Positions 13,715 to 26,080 of a stretch of 64,000 bases of DNA are shown one piece after another. The DNA comes from Cycas panzhihuaensis. Taxonomy: Eukaryota; Plantae; Cycadophyta. Where the stretch lies: the NCBI GenBank assembly GCA_023213395.1, contig CM041465.1, forward strand, positions 213,907,741-213,971,740, read 5' to 3'. Numbering within the stretch: the stretch's first letter is position 1; the number at the start of each line of letters is the position of its first letter. The position numbers were made by a program, and so were the translations under genes. The notes under the pieces are model-generated. The model was not told the DNA's origin, did not search any database, and saw nothing but the letters and a program-made list of their open reading frames with translations.

Positions 13715-15084
13715 TGTTTATTTTGTGTAATTATAAGCTTATCTTTTAATTTGTGGGATTTGATTTTCCCAAGTTCCTTTGTAAATATATTTGTTGTCTG
13801 ATCTTTTGTGCTACAATAAACTAACTCTATTTCTCTTGCTTAGACAAGTTCCCATATGAAGTGATGATACATCTTAATATATTTAATCCTTGATACATCT
13901 TAATATATTTAATCCTTTTATGGAAAATTGGGTTGCATATCATTTGAATAGTACTCTAATTATCACATCATATTTTAGTAGGACCATCCTATTTCATTTA
14001 GAGATCATGAAGTAAATGATGTAGCCAAAGCGTTTCACATACACCTAATACTACTACCTTTTATTCTACTTTAGTTACAGATAAGAAGATAATATTTTAC
14101 TTTTTGGTATTCCATGCTATAGATATTAAACTTAAACTAAAGGTGTATTTAGAAGTAGACATTTTATCATCAATATCACCTGCCTAATCTAAATATGTAT
14201 ACTTGATTAATCTAAAATTTGATGAAGGTTTGTAATGTAGCCTATAATCTATAGTATTTTTTAGATACCTTAGAATTTGTTTAGCTACTTGCCAATGCAT
14301 AGTTTTGGGATCTTGCAGAAACTTTTACACAACACTAACTGCATGCATAATATTTAGTCATGTTGATATGGAATAGATTAGACTTCTAATCAATTATTTA
14401 AATAATATAAGATCAATATGAGTAGAATAATCAAGTTTGGACAATTTGATTCCAACTTATGCTAGTGTGGAGAAAGCCTTGCAGTCACTTATTTTGAACT
14501 TTTAGAGTAAGTCCAAGGTATATTTCTTTTAGGAAATAAAGATGCCATCATCATCTTGCCATACTTCCAATCATAAGATGTAATGCATTAGCCTCAAGTC
14601 TGTCATTTTGAACTCCTTGCACATGTCATTCTTGAATTTTTAAGAAAGATGGGAGTCATTTCTTGTATAGACCAAATCATTAATATAAAGTCCCACAATC
14701 AATATGGAATATCCCTTAATTTTCCCTTAATTTTGATGTATAAGTTTGGATTTGATTGGGTTATCTCAAATCCTTAATCATGGAAATACTTATCTATCCT
14801 AGAGTACCATGTTCTAGGTACTTATTTCAAATCATAAAGTGTCTTTTTAAGTTTATACACTTTATTCTCTTCCCCTCTAAATTCAAAACCTTTTAGTTAT
14901 TGAACATATTTTTCTTCTTCAATGTAGCTATTGAGAAAAGTGCTTTTAACATCTATTTGGTGAACATCCCAATTTTTTTGCATTACTAGACTTAGCATCA
15001 TTTGAATAATCTCTATTCTAGCAACAAGGGAAAAGGTTTTATTATAGTCAATGCCTTCTCTTTGTGCATAGCCCTTAGCAATAA
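13715..15084 (-). pseudogene. Copia RT (C-terminal part) and RNase H of element B
   Basis: Minus motifs AKGYAQREGIDYNKTFSLVAR at the A junction, then further copia RT and RNase H motifs; many stops. Confidence 0.88.
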
Positions 15085-15706
15085 TGTTTTATATTGTGAC
15101 AACAATAGTTTGAAGCTAAAATTTTGGCATGTTGTTGGCATGGTTCCCCCCCTAATCTTTCTTGGGGGGTTCCAAGGGGGGCAGGAGCCCCCCTTGGCCG
15201 GGGGGTGAAAGGGGTGTGGAACGCCCCTCGCTAAGAGGGGGTTCACGGGCAATAGCTCCCAACCCAAAAAATTAGCCCTATAAACCATATTAAAATGTAA
15301 AGAGAATCATGGTCATTCGAAAAAAATACCCTAGATTCTACGGCTGAGATTTATGCCCTGGATACCCTAGATTCTTATTATGTTGTATGTAATGTAATGT
15401 ACTGTGATGAGGGCAGTGGCTGGTTGTTGTTCCTGAGAGCACTCTACTACTTAGATGTACTTTTTATCCATTTTACAGTAATAAAGATCGAAACATTTCC
15501 TTTGTGGATGTTTCCTTAGCACACTGCTAGGGTTTTACAACATTATATCAGGTGTATATGTGATGTTTGGATTTCATATTCATGTTATTATATTATCTCT
15601 GAGTTCAGAACTTGCATGTTAAATTCTAGTTTTGATTCTTGTAACTAGTTACAAAATAGTTCAGATCTTGTGGAGGTTTAAGGTTTGGGACCATGTATTC
15701 TCAATA
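15085..15706 (+). repeat. 5' LTR of element A
   Basis: TG...TA (CA deaminated), followed by the PBS; contains the GC-rich hairpin block. Confidence 0.95.
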
Positions 15707-15775
15707 AGTGGTATTAGAGCCACTTCTTTTTGTAGCAAGTTTGTGAAGGTTTTGGTGTCAGTTTTTCTACACCAA

Positions 15776-18700
15776 ATGGAGAAACTAGCAAGTGAAAAGT
15801 TTGAGGTAGAGAAATTCAATGGCAAGAACAACTTCGAGTTGTGGAAGCTAAAAGCACATGATATTCTTGTACAACAGGGTTTGTACAAAGCCCTTGCAGG
15901 TAAATCGAAGAAACCTGCAGGGATGGATGATGATGAATGGGATGACTTAGACAAAAAGGCACTTAGCACAATACGATTTTGCTTGGAAAATGAAGTCTTA
16001 TTTAACATCACAGGGGAGGAGATAACAGTAGGATTATAGATCCAGTTGGAAGGCCTATATATGACCAAATCAATAATGAATCAAATCTACCTGAAGAGGC
16101 AACTGTGCTCGCTACCGCTAAAGGAAGCTACAAAAATTACTGACCATCTAAATATTTTCAATACTCTTATTTATCAGTTGACTAGTATCGATGTTAAAAT
16201 TGAGGATGAGGACAAAGCTGTTACCTTGTTATGCTCATTACCTGAATCCCAGGATAATATTATTATCTCAATTAGTTTCAGCACTACATATGTATTGGAT
16301 TATGATTCTATTGTGAGTGCTTTGCTAATGGAAGAAGTGTGGAGGAAATCTAGTCTTAAAACCTCCATACCAGAAGCTATGACGGTAAGGGGTAGAACAT
16401 TTGAGAGATGATAAAACTCCAGGGATACATCAAGGTCTAAGTCAAAGATCAAAAAGAGTAAGCTCAGGTGTTGGCATTGTAATAAGACCGATCACCTCAA
16501 GAAGGATTACTACAAAAGGAAGGAGTTCCAGAAAAAGGAAGATCCTGCTAATGAGGTGAATTAGGTGGAGTCAAATAAAGGTATGGATGATGATGTCTTG
16601 GTCGCTTATAATGTTTCTCATTATCACCATGACTGATCATTAGATTCAGGTGCTTCGCACCACATGTGTCCACACAAGAGTTAGTTCTCATCATACCGAC
16701 CTCTTAATGGTGGTGATGTACTTATAGGAAATGAAGTTTCTTGTAAGACAGTGGGCATTAGTAGCATTAGAATTAAGATGTTCGATGGAGTAGTCAGAAC
16801 ATTAATTGAGGTTAGACATCTACCTGATCTGAAAAGGAATCTGATTTCCTTAGGTGAACTAGATTCAGGTGGTTTTAAGCATACAGGTTATGAAGGAGTC
16901 CTAAAGGTGTCAAAGGGCTCCTTGGTTGTTATGAAAGCCTTAAAGAAAGGAAATCTTTACATGTTAGTGGGAAGTACAGATGTCAGCGAAGCAGCTACAA
17001 CATCAAAGACTGCAGAAGATTTAGCTCCTTTATGGCATCAGAGACTTGGGCACATGAGTGAGAGACGACTTAAGGTGCTGATAAACTATAAGTTGCTTCC
17101 TAACTTACAGCCTTTAGATTTGGCTTTCTATAAACATTATATTTTTGGAAAGTAGCATAGACTCAGGTTTAAAGTAGGAAGTCACACTAGTAAAGGTGTT
17201 CTGGATTATATACATTTAGATGGGGACCAACCCCTAAAATATCTTGTGGAGGATCACTGTACTTTGTCACATTTATAGATGATTACTCCAGGAAGGTATG
17301 GGTCTATTTTTTGAAAAGGAAATCTGAAGTGTTCAGTGTGTTTAAGCAGTTCAAGGCTTTAGTTGAGAATAACACTAGTAAGACAATCAAATATTTAAGA
17401 ACTGACAATGGAGGTGAGTTCAACTCTTTGGAATTTGAGAACTATTACAGAGAAGCTAGGATCGAAAGACACAAGACCACTAGCTATACTCTACAGCAAA
17501 ATGGCATTGCTGAGGACATGAATAAGACACTCTTAGAAAGAGCAAGAAGCATGCTAAGTAATGCAGGAGTAGAGCAGGGCTTATGGGTAGAAGCTATTCA
17601 AATAGCTTACTATCTGATAAACAGGTCACCATCACTTATAATAGATTACAAGATTCCTGAAGAGGTATGGACTAAACATCCATGTGATTATTCAAATTTA
17701 AAAGTTTTTGGTTGTGATGATTATGCATGGACTGACAAAAGTAAACATTTAAAATTAGACCCAAAATCCAAGAGATATATATTTTTTGGTTATGGTGATA
17801 AGGATGGTGTGAAGGGATACAGGTTGTGGGACCCTACTGCCTACCAAATCACCATTAATAGAGATGTCATATTTGATGAATCTCCCCTTGTAAAATCAGA
17901 TAGTGGAGAAGTTGAAATGAAATAGGAGCAGCAAGTTGAACATCAACAAGTCAAGTTTGAAATGCAACCATCTATGGAATCAGAAGAGCAAGAAGATCTT
18001 TCTGAAGATAAATCAGTAGTAGATTCATAGGAGTATGTGGATACTCCTCTACCAACAATTAGAAGATCTACATGAGTTAGTCATCCAGCTAATAGGTACA
18101 ACCCTTTTATTTCTATTGCTTTGGTTTCTAATGATGGTGAGCCCACATGTTATCAGGAAGCAGTAGATGATATCCATGGTGAGAAGTGGAAAAAGGCTAT
18201 GTAGGAAGAGATAGATGCTTTGAAGAGAAATAATTCATAGGACTTGGTAGAACTTCCACATGGTAGGAAGACTATTGGTTACAGGTGGGTTTTCAAAAAG
18301 AAAATAGATGTTGATAGAAAGGTCAATAAATACATGGCAAGACTGGTGGCTAAAGGTTTTGCACAAAAAGTAAGTATTGACTTTCATGAGATCTTTTCAC
18401 CAGTTGTCAAACTTGTTTCAATTTAAGTGTTGTTAGCATTAGTAGCTTCTCTCAATTTGGAGTTAGAGCAGTTAGATGTAAAAACATCTTTTCTACATGG
18501 AGATTTAGATGAGGAGATCTATATGGATCAATGAGAAGGGTTTGTACAAGATGGCAGGAAAAGACTTATTTGTAGGCTCAGAAAATCATTGTATGGCCTG
18601 AAGCAATCACCTAGGCAATGGTACAAGAAGTTTGATGCCTTCACGGAGAGCCAAAATTTCAAAAGAAGTGAGTATGATCATTGTGTTTACTTTAAATTTA

Positions 18701-19691
18701 TGGACAATGGCTTATTCATTATCTTAGTATTATATGTTGATGACATGCTGGTTGCAAGCAAGAGCATGGAAGAAATCAATAATCTAAAGGCTCAATTAGC
18801 TAGGAATTTTAATATGAAGGATCTAGGAGCTACAAAATAAATCTTAGGCATGGAGATACACATAGATGGGAAAAATGGTAAGCTATAGTTATCACAGTAG
18901 AAATATATAAAGAAGGTGCTAACCAGGTTTGGTATGGCAAATGTGAAACTAGTGAGTATCCCATTGGCTTCCCACTTTAAGCTTTCTATGAATATGAGTC
19001 CTAGTAGTAAAGAAGAGAAGGTTTATATATCTCGTGTACCTTATGCCAGTACAATAGGAAGTTTGATATATGCCATGGTATGTACAAGACCTGATATTTG
19101 ACATGCAGTTGGTGTAGTTAGTAGGTTTATGGCAAATCTAAGAAAGGAACATTGGGTTGTAATGAAATGGGTGCTTCAGTATTTGAGAGGCACAAGTGAC
19201 TACTACATGAGGTACAGGTAATCAGGTTTGTGGATATGTCGATTCAAACTTTGTAGGATATTTAGACAAAAGAAGGTCTACTTCAAGTTATGTTTTCACT
19301 CTTGCAAATGGTCCAATTAGTTGGATGTCCAAATTACAGAGCATAATTGCACTGTTAACCATAGAAGTTGAATATATTGCTATAGCACATGGTTGTAAAG
19401 AAGCAATCTGGTTGCAGGGATCTCTTGGTTGATCTTGGAAGGAGATAGGAAAATGTAAAGGTATTTTGTGACAGTCAAAGTGCCATTTACTTAGCCAAGA
19501 ATCTGGCTTATCACAGTAGAATAAAACATATTACTCTTAAGTACCATTTTGTTAGATAGGTTATGGAAGCAGGTGGAGTGGCACTTGAGAAGATTTACAC
19601 CAATCAGAATTAAGATGATATATTCACAAAACTAGTACCAATAGATAAATTTAAATGGTGTTTGACTTCTCTTGGCTTGCAAAAAAGATGA
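15776..19691 (+). pseudogene. Copia gag-PR-INT-RT-RNase H polyprotein of element A, with stops and frameshifts
   Basis: MEKLASEKFEVEKFNGKNNFELWK (gag), CWHCNKTDH knuckle, LDSGASHHM (protease), WHQRLGH and LRTDNGGEF (integrase), YGLKQSPRQWY and LYVDDML (RT), CDSQSAI (RNase H). Confidence 0.95.
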
Positions 19692-19739
19692 TGAAGGGTC
19701 CAGGGAAGGTATTGGGTAAATTGTTGTCAAGGAGGAGAT

Positions 19740-20382
19740 TGTTGGATATTGTGACAACAACAGTTTGAGGCTAAAATTTTGGCATGTTGCCAGTGCGGTT
19801 TCCCCCCCTAATCTTTCTCAGGGGGTTCCAAGGGAGGCGAGCCCCCCTTGGCTGGGGGGTGCGAGGGGTATGGAATGCCCCCCGCTAAGAAAGGGTTCGG
19901 GGGCGATAGCCCTCGACCCGAAAAATTAGCCCTGTAAACCATATTAAAATGTAAAGAGAATTAGGGTCATTTAATACAAATACCCTAGATTTTATGGCTA
20001 AGATTTATGCCTTGGATGTCCCTCGCATGTAGCCCAATTTAGGGCTTTTCTTATTATGTTGTATGTAATGTAATATACAGTGATGAGGGCGACGACTGGT
20101 TGTTGTTCCTAAGAGCACTCTACTACTAAGATGTACTTTTTCTCCATTTTACAATAATAAAGATCAATACCTTTCCTATATGGATATTTCCCTAGCACAT
20201 TACTAGGGTTTTACCATATTATATCAGGTGCATATATGATGTTTGGCTTTCATATTCATGTTATTGTATTATCTTTGAGTTTGGAACTTGCATGTTAAAT
20301 TCTAATTTTGATTCCTATAACTAGTTGAAAAATAGTTCAGATCTTATGGCGGTTTAAGGTTTGGGACCTTGTATTCTCAACA
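19740..20382 (+). repeat. 3' LTR of element A
   Basis: TGTTGG...TCAACA, preceded by the PPT and followed by the TSD. Confidence 0.95.
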
Positions 20383-23286
20383 AATAAGTCTAGCCTTATG
20401 TTTGGTAATAGACCTATTAGATCTAAACTTAGTCTTATAGACCTATTTTGTCTCAATAGCTATTTTATTAAGAGGAAGATAATTAAGTTCCCATGTATCA
20501 TTCTTCATTATAGAGTTATACTCATCTTCCATAGCATTTCTCCATTTATCTTGAGTATTTGCCTATTCAAAAGAGTGAGGCTCATTGGCTTACATCACTT
20601 GAATCATGAGGTTAAAGTTAACTTGACTTGAATAAGTGGATCTTCTTTTGAAATTATTGTCTAATATATTGTCTAAGTCATGGCTTCTTTGGACCTATTT
20701 AAGAAACCTTTGAGATTAAGTGGAGGTTCCCTCATCACTTGGCCTTGATACATCATAATTTTGTCTTAGTTCTTATCTAGGTGGCATATATATAGACCCT
20801 GGAGATGAATCAAAGTTAACCACAACATTCTTGCATTTATCTTGGACACAATCTCGTTGATAGTAGTCATCTTCCTTGAATATAATATCTGTGTTAATAA
20901 TAACATTTTTTTCCTTTGGATCAGACACCTTATAAGATTTTAACATGTCATTATATCTAATAAATATGCTCTTTATGCTTTTGTCATCAAGTTTAATCCT
21001 TTTTTATTTTGGAATATGGGAAAAATCAAAGCATCCAAATACTGTCAAGTGGTGATTGCTAGGTTTGTGACCTGTCCATGCTTCATTTAGTGTCATCCAC
21101 CTAAGGGATTTCATGATACACCTATTTAGGAGATGTACTACAATATGGATAACTTCTACCCAAAATTCAAGTCCTAATTTCTTATCCTTAAGCATGCACC
21201 TAGCTATTTCAACTCCAGTATGATTCTTATGTTTAGCTACCTCATTTTGTTATGGTGTGTAGGGGTTTATATATTGTCTTATAATGCTATGGTAGGTATA
21301 ATAGGCATTAAACTCATTAGAAATAAACTCTCTCCTATTATCTGACCTTAGGGAAAGTATTTTATGGTCACTTTACTTCTCCACAAAGATTTTGAAGTTT
21401 GCAAAGCATTAAAATGCATCTAATTTAAATTTTAAGAAGTAAAACTATGTCTTCCTTGTATAGTCATCAATAAAAGTAAGGAAATATTTTACTCCTGTTA
21501 GAGATTGGACATCCATTAGACCACAAAGATCTATGTCAATTAGTTGAAGTGGCCCCTTTGCTCTATAGCTTCCATCAAGAAAGCTCTCTTTATGTTATTT
21601 TCCTAGGAGGCATCCTTCATATATGTCCTTGTCAGCTTTAATTTGGGATAGACCTTCAACCATATTCATCTTCTTCATGATGACTAGGCTTTCATAGTTT
21701 AAGTAGCCAAACCTTTTATGGCATATATCACTATCTATCTTGGTTAATGTCTTTAATGCATGATTAACTAAAGGGAGTATGACTAACTTGCCTTTAGCTA
21801 CAACCAATTTATTCAATATTTAATCCTTAATATTACACTTACCATTGTCAAACATAACCTTATAATCTTGATCCATCATTTGTCCCATAGATAGGAGGTT
21901 TAGATAGGAGGTTCTTCTTAAGTGCTGGAACATAAATGATATCATCAAGGTATCTAGTTTTTTGTAAGTCTATTATGATAAAGACTTTACCTCTTCTACT
22001 CAATTTATAAGATGTATCATCACCGAATATGATTGTGCCCTTCTTAGACCTTTCAATGGTATGGAATATTTCTTCCTTATGTATCATGTGTCTGGACCAT
22101 CCATAATCTATATTCCAACAATCTTCTTCTTTGTTGGCAATAAGGCTTGATAAAAATAGTTGATCATTTTCTTTATTTTCAATGACTGTATTGGCACTTC
22201 CTCTAGTTGGAGGGCCATTTTTAGCAAAATATCTATCTTCAGTATGGCCAACCTTGTGATAATATATGCAAAGGATAGGATCTCTTCATCTTTGACTTAG
22301 ATTCCTACTTTTAGGGGTTCCTCTATCCATAGAAGGTGTCCTTTCCCTTTCCCAAATATGGGCCTTGATTATCTCTTTGTTTATTGCTTGGATAATTTAA
22401 ATTGGGCCTTTGAAAATTGCTTTAGCCTTGGTAATTATGATAATATTGGCTAACATCTTGATATCTTTCTTGGCTTTGGTATCTATATTAACTTGGGTAT
22501 CTTTGCTTAGATCCTTGATGCCTTTGATGAGGATCTTCGTATCTAGGATGTTACACTTGGTATTAATTTTGTCTTAGATTTCTATCTCTCCCCCTTGGGG
22601 ATTGATTCCTTATCCTTAAGCTTTTAACTTGGGAATTAAATTTGAATCTAGTATTTGTTGCAAAGGCCTGTTCTAAGGATTTATTGGTGCCCTTCTTTTC
22701 TTTAACATCCATCAACATAGCACTCAATTATTCTATCTTTAAGGTGCTTAAGTCCTTAGATACCTCTATACTTGTGGCTATTATCTTAGACCTTTTAATT
22801 TCACCAACACATCTAAAGTATCCATTCTATAATCCTTTATTCTGTAAGTGTTTCTCCAAGAGATGTGATTTGGTTCATAAGATCTTAAACTTTTATTATA
22901 AACTCATTAATGATCTCCTTGGGTGACATCCTTAAATTCTCAAATATACTCCTTAAAGTTTAGAGTTTTGATGAGGCTACTCCTTCATAGATAAGTTATA
23001 ATGTGTCCCATACTTCTTTAGATTTTGATACCTCACTAACTTTTAGGAAAATATGATCTTCTAGAGCACAAAAAATTAATGCTAATGCTTAATTATCCTT
23101 CTTTACACATTCTTTGAAGGATTGTTTTTTTACTTTACTAGCATTCTGACTAACTTCTATATATCCTATCTTCACAATATCATACATGTCTTTAGCTATG
23201 AGAATGGGTTTTATCCTCCTACTCTAATTAAAGAAAATTGATCCATAAAACTTAGGGATGATCATATTACCAAAGTTTATAGCTAT
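20383..23286 (-). pseudogene. Copia gag, protease, integrase and RT N-terminus of element B
   Basis: Gag start IIPKFYGSIFFN*SRRIKPILIAKDMYDIV (~23280-23170), YVPALKKNLLS, HKRFGYLN, FWVEVI..LLNR, KHKARL at the A junction. Confidence 0.9.
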
Positions 23287-23899
23287 TATAATTTAAAATT
23301 AAGTCTATTCAAATGTCCCTCTAAGGATAGTTTTAAAAATAATGTGTCATATTACCTAAAGGTTACTAGGCTCTAAATTTTTGGGTCTCTAAGGGAAGCT
23401 TTCAGTTATTATCATATCTAGTGGTGCCTACCCAAAAGTGGAAAATCAAGGACTTAATATACTAGTACATGAGCATAATATACTAGTACATGAGCACTAG
23501 GCTCTATATACCTCAGTATGTGGGCTACTAAGAAGGTACAAGACCTCCGTGATCTATTGATCCACCTGTGTTAGACTTATGCTTAGTGACAGATTTAGTA
23601 GTGAAAGCTTTTCAAACCAAGGCACTCAGCCTTTTAGGTCTAGCCTAATTTCTAAACTTCAAAAAGATAAGGTACTCCACCTTAATCTTACACCTATTAT
23701 ACCTAATAACCAATGACATTCTTCATCTAATATGAGTAGGTTAAGGGCATGTGCAAGGTGGTAACTTCAGGCATCTTAATCATTCCTCTTGTAAGGCTAG
23801 AAAAATAGTTCTTCATTCAAAATATTATCTTTTTAATATGAAAATTGATCTTAGATGTGGTCTTGTTAATAAATAAAGGTTTTTTTTAATAGAAATTGA

Positions 23900-24165
23900 A
23901 AGTAACTTAAAAGATATAACAAGAAATGAAATGAAATAAGCTTTTAAATAAAATAAATATGAGAAGAAATGAGCCTTTTAAATGAAATAAATGAGCTCTA
24001 AAATGACATTGAATGAATATGAAAATAAAATAAGCTTTGAATGATATTTAAAAAATATAAAAATAAAATGACCTTTAAATGAACTAAAAGGAGATTAATA
24101 TGAGCCTTAAAATGAAATAGAATATGTCGTAAATGAAATAAAAGGCTTAAAATAAAATAGATTAA
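23900..24165. repeat. Degenerate AAATGA/AAATAA minisatellite in the 5' leader of element B
   Basis: Repeated AAATGAAAT(A/G)A..GC(C/T)TT(T)AAA units. Confidence 0.6.
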
Positions 24166-25568
24166 GGGTTAGAAAGGTCTTTATTTGTAAAATATTATCC
24201 AAATGTTTACCTTCTTCTGCAAGGACAAACCTACATAATATTTAGCCAAAAATCACACATAAGCTTTAAATTTTAAAGTGAGATATGCTAAAATAAGTTA
24301 GTATATTAATATAACATAAATATACTTTAATAAAGTTGATAAATTACTTAAAAAATGATGAAAGAAGCTCAAACTAGGATCAAATATGAGGGCCAAATTT
24401 AGTAGCCTAATACACCTACAAAACAACTTCATATTAGTATAAAACCAACTTCAAGATGTAGATCACTAAGTCATCTTTCCAACAGATTCAACCATTCAAA
24501 AAATAGACTCTTAGTTAGGGAGATATTAACAAAATAATAGGGCTTACTCCTTATGGCTAAAAAAACTAAAAAAAAGGGGTCTTAAGCCCTTCTGAAATGG
24601 AACCCCTAGTCACCTGGTCACCTCACATGACCTTCCACTAGCTTGTGAACGGGCTAGCTGACTCCAAAAAATATGAAATGTAACTTAATCTCTTAAAATC
24701 CAAAATTATTAAAAATAGTATATAGAGTTTTAAAATTTGCCCTTTAAGAATAATGAGATGAGGTCATATGGGGCTTTAACAGGATCATTGGCTAAGATCA
24801 AATAGGGCTTAAACCCAAAAGATTATAAAAAATGATTAAATTTTTATAAACTATAAAAAATATATATATTAGAAATTCAAAATTTACATTAGAAAAAATA
24901 AAAACTAGTCTACGTGTGACTAGTAGAGGTTAATTAAATCGATAAAAAAGGGTACAAAAAACACCTAAAAGTTAGTTGATGAAGGGTGTAAAGGCTGGGT
25001 GCCCTAATCTATAAAAAAAATTTGAGAAAAAAATTAATAAAAAATTGAAATAGTATTGAGAAAATATGAATAGACGATGAGATTTTTATAAACCTAATAA
25101 GTAGATTTGCTTTTGATGAAAATTTCTCTTTAATTAAGTAACCAATTGATGTGTCATCTTCTCCATTGTAAAGTAGATTCAGAGAGGAGTAAAATGAATG
25201 GTTATGTGATGTAGTTTCATCCTTCTATTAGATTATAATAGTCCATTGAAATCCAGGTAACCTTACTAAATCTAAAACTAAAGAGAAACAAGGAAAAAAA
25301 TCCTTCTAAAATCTTAGTAAACCTACTCCAAATCAAGGTTGGGCTATATATGATCAAATTTTGTATAGAAAACTATTAGTTTATAGATCATATAAAGTGC
25401 ATGAAGCTCGTACAATAAAATAGAGATGCACACATGAAAATATAAATATAGAATAATATATTTCAAAGGAAATAATTTAAAACTATATAAAATAAATTTA
25501 AGCTTATCATTTATGTTAATTTAGGTGAGTTGCAATGTCCTTTGTGGTCTTAATATACTCTGATACCA

Positions 25569-26080
25569 TGTTAAGATTTCTGTTACACCAAAACCTTGAG
25601 GTGTTAGTGTTTGATACAAATCTCGTATCTAAACACCCTATAGGGCAGTTAGTCCCTGGGCCTAAGGTGCTGGTTAGTTCATGTAAATAATCCCCAAGAT
25701 ATGGTAATTAGTCCAACACCCCCTCTTCGATGTTATTTGGAGGGAATTGATCCCATGATGAGGCTCTAATACCAAATAAAGGGTATGGGGGGATAGAGCA
25801 TATAAGTTAAAATGCCATATTGAAGAAAAATCAATAATATTCTAATAGTTGGTGGTGCTAAAGAATATTGTTGTGTATTTGTACCCTATATTTATAGTTA
25901 GGATATTGGGCAATCCTGCCATCAACCGACACCTTTTTTTTAAATTTAAAATTTAATGAAAAATAAATATAAAATACATACCTGATACCTAGGTTGATTG
26001 ATGATGTCTGGAGGTGGGTCCACAGAGTCCCAATGCCACTATGCATGCTCCTTAGTAGAAAATGAATATTATTTCTAATA
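25569..26080 (-). repeat. 5' LTR of element B
   Basis: Directly abuts the PBS; 512-bp repeat of 13190-13701. Confidence 0.92.

Larger units (their letters stand above)
15085..20382 (+). mobile_element. Ty1/copia LTR retrotransposon A (Tnt1/Tork-like), full length, decayed
   Basis: LTRs 15085-15706 and 19740-20382 (~85-90% identical by eye). Perfect TSD AATAA (15080-84, 20383-87), PBS TGGTATTAGAGCC at 15709-15721, PPT AAGGAGGAGA at 19729-19738. Confidence 0.96.
13190..26080 (-). mobile_element. Ty1/copia LTR retrotransposon B, full length, interrupted by element A
   Basis: 512-bp LTRs 13190-13701 and 25569-26080 (~80% identical in a sampled stretch). TSD AATAA/GATAA, PBS reverse complement ACTCTGATACCA at 25557-25568, PPT reverse complement TTCTCCCTA at 13702-13710. 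Confidence 0.93.

Noticed and set aside
15002-16068. ORFs 15002-15208, 15013-15288 and 15661-16068
   Set aside because: They span the LTR GC block or are the antisense shadow of gag; no independent coding signal.
13185-20387. Elements A and B both have an AATAA target duplication
   Set aside because: Plausibly chance in ~70% AT DNA, and the two B copies differ (AATAA/GATAA).
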